A DNA stretch of 52,983 bases, counting the filler, from Sphacelaria rigidula (Eukaryota), in assembly GCA_964200075.2 (NCBI GenBank). It is 4 parts of 4 records of this genome, joined end to end, with 100 filler letters (N's around TTAATTAATTAA, not from the genome) between each part and the next. Parts side by side here need not be neighbours in the genome. Positions count along the whole stretch, not along the records: positions 39,814 to 52,983 come from CAXNAA020003099.1; 3 more parts are not named here. One strand, written 5' to 3'. Each line of letters begins with the position of its first letter. Position 1 is the stretch's first letter. The notes beneath the pieces are model-generated. The model was not told where the DNA came from, searched no databases, and saw only the letters and a program-made list of their open reading frames with translations. Positions 46,451 through 52,983 of the stretch are shown here, piece by piece. Both the position numbers and the translations under genes were made by a program.

Positions 46451-49400
46451 ATAATGGGGGACCGACATCACCACCCTCTCGGCATGGTGTGTTTTTTTTG
46501 TTGGCGAAAAACTGGGCAGGTAATTTTGTGGTGGGGTGCAAAGGGTATCACATATACCATAGGGTGTGCAGTTGTGTCGTTTTTCGTCATTATCCATCAC
46601 ATCGTGTACGCGCGTTTTTGTAGTTAGAACATGACAATGTAGACGGGGCATGGACAACAGTTTGGCCATTGCCCAAATAGCGACCAAAGCGTCGCCGACT
46701 CTGCGCGATAGCACCGAAGGTATGTGCTCACGACATCGCGCCGTAGATGTCCCACGCTTTCCGATCCATGTCGGTGGATGTTCACGGGAGTTGATTGTTG
46801 CTGTCGTTCACCCAATTCAGGTGTGAATGATCTCCTCTACGTAACATACAGAACATTATTGAGCACTGATTTACGCACATCCGAGCTGGGCTGAGTTCGC
46901 GCAGGAACCCGACGAAGGAGCAGGCCATGTCCGCGGTGCGCCATGGCAACTTGGTGCGTACCTTTCATGGGGAACAGCACCAGAATGCACCCCGTAGGGA
47001 CCCAAACCGGGGCAACATGGACTTCGTGGTTGATCTGGGAGGGACGGGAGCGGTATCGGTGTTGTCTAATCAATGCTGCCGAGGGAAAGACGCCACTAAC
47101 ATCTCCGACTGGGACTGTGTCGCCCATGTGACTGGACCCAGGGGGATCACTAGATTACACCGGAGGACACGTCCCGGTCCCCACGGGCCAGCAGTCGTAG
47201 TGGCAGCTTGTGATGGGGGAGGCATCTTGGCCGGCAAGTGCGTTTGGACACGGGCGGAGTTCAAGCATAGTTCGTCATAGCGCGTAGACTACAAGTGGTT
47301 GTCGATATAGCTTAGCCGACGCAATCTGCCTTTTTTTTGGTGGTGTCAGGGTTAAGAATTCCATTGGTGTGGTTAAACGACTTTTTATCGGGACGAATCT
47401 CGATTCTGTCCGGACCCCAATCTGTGAGGAATTGGGGGAATCATGTTTGCTAAAGTCACATCCGTGGGGACCTTTTTTAGTCTCACAGATTTGTGAGGTA
47501 GTTTTGTACACGGACGGTCATTTTTGAATGAGTGTGGTATCACGTACTAGTGAAGCCGAAGAAGGGCAGACAGACGGTGAATCAACCTTCGAGTGCAGTG
47601 TCGGACCATGGTACCCTCCATCACCACCGTAATACACAGTAATGCCGTGTGGTAATAAACGATGGCACAGTCGCGGTATTGCGAGAAGAGTAAAGAGTGT
47701 GCAACAAAGGTTCACTAGTGTAGTGCCGTACATCACCCTGCAAGTACAGCGACAACAGAGAGAACGGTATAGTACTGTTGGTTATGGTGATACATACGGC
47801 AGCGCAGTGCAGCTGAAATATTACCATCGCCACCGAGTGCGGTGTCAACAATTCTTATCCGCTTGTCAAACCCATGCGAAGTTTCTGCAGCAGTCGGCGG
47901 AGAGGCACGGCCTGCGCTGTCGCAAGGCTGTTTGCTGCTGTGGTGGCAAAATATCAGACATATGTTGCCCTGTCGCCGTACGTCACTGTACGTACGTCAC
48001 TTCGTACAGATTGGGTTAACCTCAACTTCCCCCGATTTTTCGCCAAATCGGGGGAAAACGTTTTCAATTCGTGACATTCTCGGTTTGAGCTTCCCCGATC
48101 TGGTCCACATTGGGGTGCGTAGAATGCGTTCCCCGATTTGAGGTTCCCAGATTTACGTATAGGTCAAGACTTGGTGACTGCCACTAAAACCAGTCTTACC
48201 CCTCGTGCCTACAGCAACAGATCAGCCTATAACTGCCCAAGTCGGCTTTTTATGAAGAATGAAGTACACTGGGAAGTTGTGTCGTTGACACTCTGTTTCT
48301 TTCTGTTGAACGCGGTTCCATCGTTGATGTTTATTATGCATCTCGCTGTGCGTTTCCGCGTCTGCAATGTCGTCGGCGACATCGCGACCATGAGCACGTT
48401 GATATGCCCGCTGTGGCCAGTGTTACCTTCGTAGACTTATTTTGATTCTTGTTTGGCCGCCTGATGCCCCTTGCCATGTCCAGGAGGTGAAACACACGTA
48501 GAAAACTGCCTCGTGGGTCCTGCACGATCACTTCACGCCGGTAAAGAGGGCGAGGCAGGTGTTTGCACCTTGAAATTACTTGCCACGCTTGCTGACACGC
48601 TTCGTAGACATGGTTCCGTTATCCGTTTGCGATTATTTTTACGATTGCGTTTCTATCATCAAACGGTCACGTCGACAAGAACCTGGCAGTTTTGTGTTGC
48701 ATATTCTTTGTCGACTCCAATATTGTTCAGAAAAAAGTTGTGGGAAGAAAACCAACTGCTGTCATCTGAAGATTCCGGGGTGTACCGGCACAGTCTTTTT
48801 TCCGGGGCAATATCCGCTTCCGAGGTAAGCCAGCCTCGGACTGGATGTGCGTGGTGCAGGTCCATACTTCACAGTCGAGGGTCGGAATTTCAAATTCGAC
48901 GTATAGAGTGGGCACCGCGGGATAGCTGAAACGGTGCGGGATATGAACACTTCGTTTCGTCATGAGTTAAGCGACGCAAACGAGATCCCTTCTTCACGAC
49001 AATATCCGAAAGTCATGAAGCAATTAGCAGTATATATATATATATATATGTGTGTGTATATATTGCCAAGCTCTAATTATTCTCCATACCAAATGTGAGA
49101 ATCTGAACCTCAAGGTGGAGATGATGATGTGCGCTTCACAGTGGAGACATGCCGATTTTCGAAACGGCTTTATGTAGGCCATCCACCACCCCCGTTTTTG
49201 TGATTGTGCTTTGACATGCTATCTGGAGAATCGCTAGGGCGTGGTAAACATGAACGAAAATGACCCACGTGAGTTATGTTTCATGAGTTGAGGACCTCCT
49301 AGTGTAGCAATGACAGTGTCATGCCGATGACGTTCTTAGCTCACGAAGCAACACCCAAAAAAATGAAGACCCGCCTGGGTGGTGTTCATCATGTGCCCTT

Positions 49401-52002
49401 GCGATTCGCCCCACGAATTTTTGACAAGCAAAGAAACTGATTTGAGGGAGAAAAGCTATGCACATTCATCACGGAGCTATCCTTCGCTCAAATTTCCATG
49501 CCCCTCAACCCTCCCTCTATGTATTGCCTCCATCATCCCCTACCAAAGTTGACAGCACCGCCACTTTTCTGACACTCGAAAATGAAATTTAGCACGTGTT
49601 GTGTGCGCGCACGTGAGATGTTGAGCCAAACGTGAAAAAATATGAACGCCATATCCCGAGGGAAGTAAAGGAGTTAGGTGCAGGCGCGGGTATCGATCCT
49701 TCGCCCGTGCTGCAGGAAAAAATCAACGCCAACAGTCATCACTCGCTATACGCGCCGATAGTGGTTCCAAATAAACTTGAGTTACATTCCATCCCCGCAC
49801 GTATGTAGCGTTACGCCAAGAAGAGAAATCAAGACTGTTTGTGTTCGCCGCTTACTCAAGGCATTGTGTATGATTAAAAGCAATAGCCATTCCACACAAT
49901 AGACTTGGATGTGGAGATCTTCCGCGCAAGAACTGTGAGAGCTTAAATCCGTTTTCAGGATGGCCTAGCTCGTGCAGTCATTTCGGTCTAAATCATGATA
50001 TTTATGGCGTGTTGTCGGACTCGGCGATCTTCAACAGCTTTCCTAGCGTGTCGTTGTTCATCGCACTGAACGCTCGACCTAAAGGTGTGGGGATGGGTAG
50101 ATACTACGCGCCCATTCCACATCCCGAAACAAAATGAAAGATTTCTGCTTATTGTTGCAGGACTTTAACCATTTTTTCATGGGAACTGATCTGTATTCGT
50201 ACAGCAGGCGTGATGATTTCGGACCGTCTGCAGGCGATTTTCTCCCGTGGTTTGATCTCAAGGACTTAGGTACTGTGGGCAATGTTTTGCGGCTAGCTGT
50301 GAGAAGACCATATCTAATCTCCGATTCTCTGGACGTTGACTTTTGGCATGCCAGGCTCATGTTGAACCCCAGACAATCCCGAATGTACAGATTTGGGGCA
50401 CAGGCCTGTTGTATGGATTCTGGAGTACCCCGGTTTGATCGGAAAGGTAACACTCAATGTGGAGATAAGTGATGCCATTTTGTCACATGTAGCCGAAAAA
50501 TATTCCACGAGAATAAGTCGCCTCAACAGGAACCGAAAGTCTTAATTCCCTATAACTACAGGGGTGTTTTTGGCCATTTTTGACCAACGACACTTACTTA
50601 TTTCCAGATCTCGCGCAATAAACAGCTACAGAAAATTACAAGAGTCGGTAACAGAGCAATGCTACGGTAGGGGTGCACTTTTTCGCGAAATCTTGTCTGG
50701 TTCAGGGGCTCCCAACCATTCTAGATGCACAAGAATATGGGTCGGAGTATCCGCGCTTGCAAATTTTATTCGGGATGTCCCTAGCACATTGAAATAGTAA
50801 TCCTGGCGTGCTCTCACATATTTCATAACTCCGAGCAATTCTAAGCTCAGAAATATCCGTGCACCCCAACCGTAGCATCACTCAACATTTGTCAAGAGAG
50901 TGATCGGGATTGAATCACGACCCCTGATTTACACGGAACTCGGTTCGGAAAATGTCACCGTCGGGTATTTTCCTGAATTATATGCCGTGGCATTCATCCC
51001 TAGCACTCGAAAGTCCTGGCGTCGACAGGTTTTTGAAAATCAAGCAAGTGGTACTCGGGACTTTACCCTTCGCCCCGTCTTATCGTGGTGATATGGAGTA
51101 CGAATGCCGTGTATCAGGTGGGTGTTATCGACCATCAGTGGTCCCATAAACACGATTTCCCGACTATTGAGCGACGAACCGTAGACTATAGTAACAATGC
51201 TCAGTATTTGCTCCACGAGAATGATCGGGATTGCTTAAATCGAACGAAAACGCCAAAATGTGAAAACCTGGGGCTGCAGAGTCGCAGGACGCCCGAGGGC
51301 CGGTCAGCCCATAGGTCGTCCGATATTGTACATCGATGATCCTCATTACGGTATGCTGCGCAAATATACTCTGATCCCCAATCTTTCGGAGGAATCGTGC
51401 ACTGCGATAGGCGGTCGTAGGCGTGGAAAACCTGTTGGAAATCGCCGACGGCGAAAAGAATGACTAAGAAAAAATAATTAAAGCGGAACCGACTCTGTTT
51501 CACACGATGTACCGTGCGTGCAATATCCGTCTTGAGGAAAAACGCTCATCTTCAAATGCCCCAATATGAAATACGTGGGGATTATTATGCACAACTTCTA
51601 CAAACCAGCCCCGATTCCTTGGTAATTTCTTTCGCATGACAGCTCGCCACTTGAACATCTACCGTAGCAAGTGCGACGTGCTCCGAGATTTTGGTAGCCG
51701 AGATAGATATTCGGTGGCTGTCGTGCCACTTCTGAAACGTATGAGTTACCCCTAGTGGTCACGGTGTATCCCACACGCATGCCCTACACACACAGCTGTC
51801 ACCAAAAATTCATAGACACTACTTGAGCGACACGTCAGAAAACAAGGTACACCACGCTAACCCTAACCACAGACACGAATCAATCGCGGCCATGCGTACA
51901 CTTGTCGTGGGTGAACCTTACATCGCCGTACTCTTCACACTATCGAGAAGACGAAATAAAAAATCACCAGACATAGGGTTCCCCCTACCGTTGCGAACCT
52001 AC

Positions 52003-52983
52003 GTCATCCACGGCTTCCATGGCCGGTGCTGCCCAGACGTCGTCGAAATTCTCCAACAATTCACTGCCCTCCCCAGGAGTAACAATCTCCGGCATCAGGT
52101 GATGAAGCTGCGCTCATGGGCGTATTTTTGGGGCCTTCCTCTGAACCTTCAGGCTACCCATCGCCACCTGGGTGTGGTCCCTCAACAGGCCGACTGTGAG
52201 CTTCCCGGAGGACACCTCGGTCAACTTCACCGCAAGCAGAGCTGCCTTCGCGCCAGCGCGATTCTGTCAGTGCCACCTGAAGCACCACCGCCGCCCCTGT
52301 TCGCAGGCGGCGCTTCAGGCTTGGCGGCAACGGGGGCGGCCTTCAACGTTGCACGCAGAGCCTGCCGCGTGGCTTTCTCTCCTAATCGCCTGCAATAATC
52401 GGCGAATCGCACGGTGTGAAACGTCTGCAGGAAGAAGTTGTACGCTGCTTGCTCAGCACTAGGGTCGTAGTTCCACTCCGGTGTGGCACGAACCCACTGC
52501 GGCAGAAGATATGGCTTCGAAAAAGCGTGGCGGTACCCGATGTCCCAATGCTGTACCAGTGTATAAAATTCCCCACCGCGCGCCGGAGAACTTGCGTGAT
52601 CCTCACTCAGTTTCAACGCACCCATGGGGTACCTGAACTCGACCATGTTGACATCCTCGATGACAGTAATCAGCTTGTCGTTCGTGGCCTGGAAGACGCC
52701 AACACATGGTAAGACACGAGGGTGGGGCGCGGGTAACAGATGTGTCCTGTTATTATTGGAGCACACAAAGACAGGAGAGGTGGACCATGAGGACAGCGCC
52801 GGCATCAGGCGGAACCACGATCGGCCAAGAGCGAGATTGTATGAACCCATTGACTTCGGCTTGTGTTTCGGCAAAGCCAGGGAAGAAGAATACTATTTGG
52901 AACTTGCCTGCTCGATGGATAGATGGAAGATCGTCAGGGCCAGGGTTGCATATCGGACCAAGAAAAAAGTTCGATAGATATTT
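52003..52983 (-). pseudogene. Disrupted spliced ORF of unknown family (possibly transposase-derived)
   Basis: Open frame 52983-52786 (...GFAETQAEVNGFIQSRSWPIVVPPDAGAVLM), a short GT-AG intron, then ATNDKLITVIEDVNMVEF...LVQHWDIGYRH...; after ~52270 the protein-like frame shifts (KAALLAVKLTEVSSGKLTVGLLRDH...) and has an in-frame TGA before a donor near 52002. Confidence 0.45.

Noticed and set aside
1-52983. A functional cluster linking the Zn transporter, SH3b protein and centrin
   Set aside because: The genes are on separate, artificially concatenated contigs

Overview
This is eukaryotic genomic DNA, not prokaryotic. It is intron-rich, about 50% GC, with mostly 0.4-2.5 kb introns and TTAGGG-like repeats; the style suggests a brown alga or other stramenopile (inference). 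The window is four unrelated contigs (13172, 13171, 13170 and 13170 bp) joined by artificial 100-nt N44-TTAATTAATTAA-N44 linkers, so adjacency across linkers has no biological meaning. Contig 1 holds the last five exons of a ZnT9/SLC30A9/MTP7-like cation diffusion facilitator and a probable first exon of an unknown gene. Contig 2 holds 13 phase-consistent minus-strand exons (about 790 aa, incomplete at both ends) of a protein built from at least 8 tandem bacterial-SH3 (SH3b)-like repeats, with one GC-AG intron and a duplicated exon pair; this is the most unusual element. Contig 3 has a satellite of about 400-417 bp, tRNA-derived SINEs (one split by a TTAA piggyBac-type MITE), a foldback element and the first exon of a centrin-like gene. 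Contig 4 is mostly transposon debris plus a disrupted spliced ORF of unknown, possibly transposase, origin. Almost all ORFs in the six-frame track are spurious.
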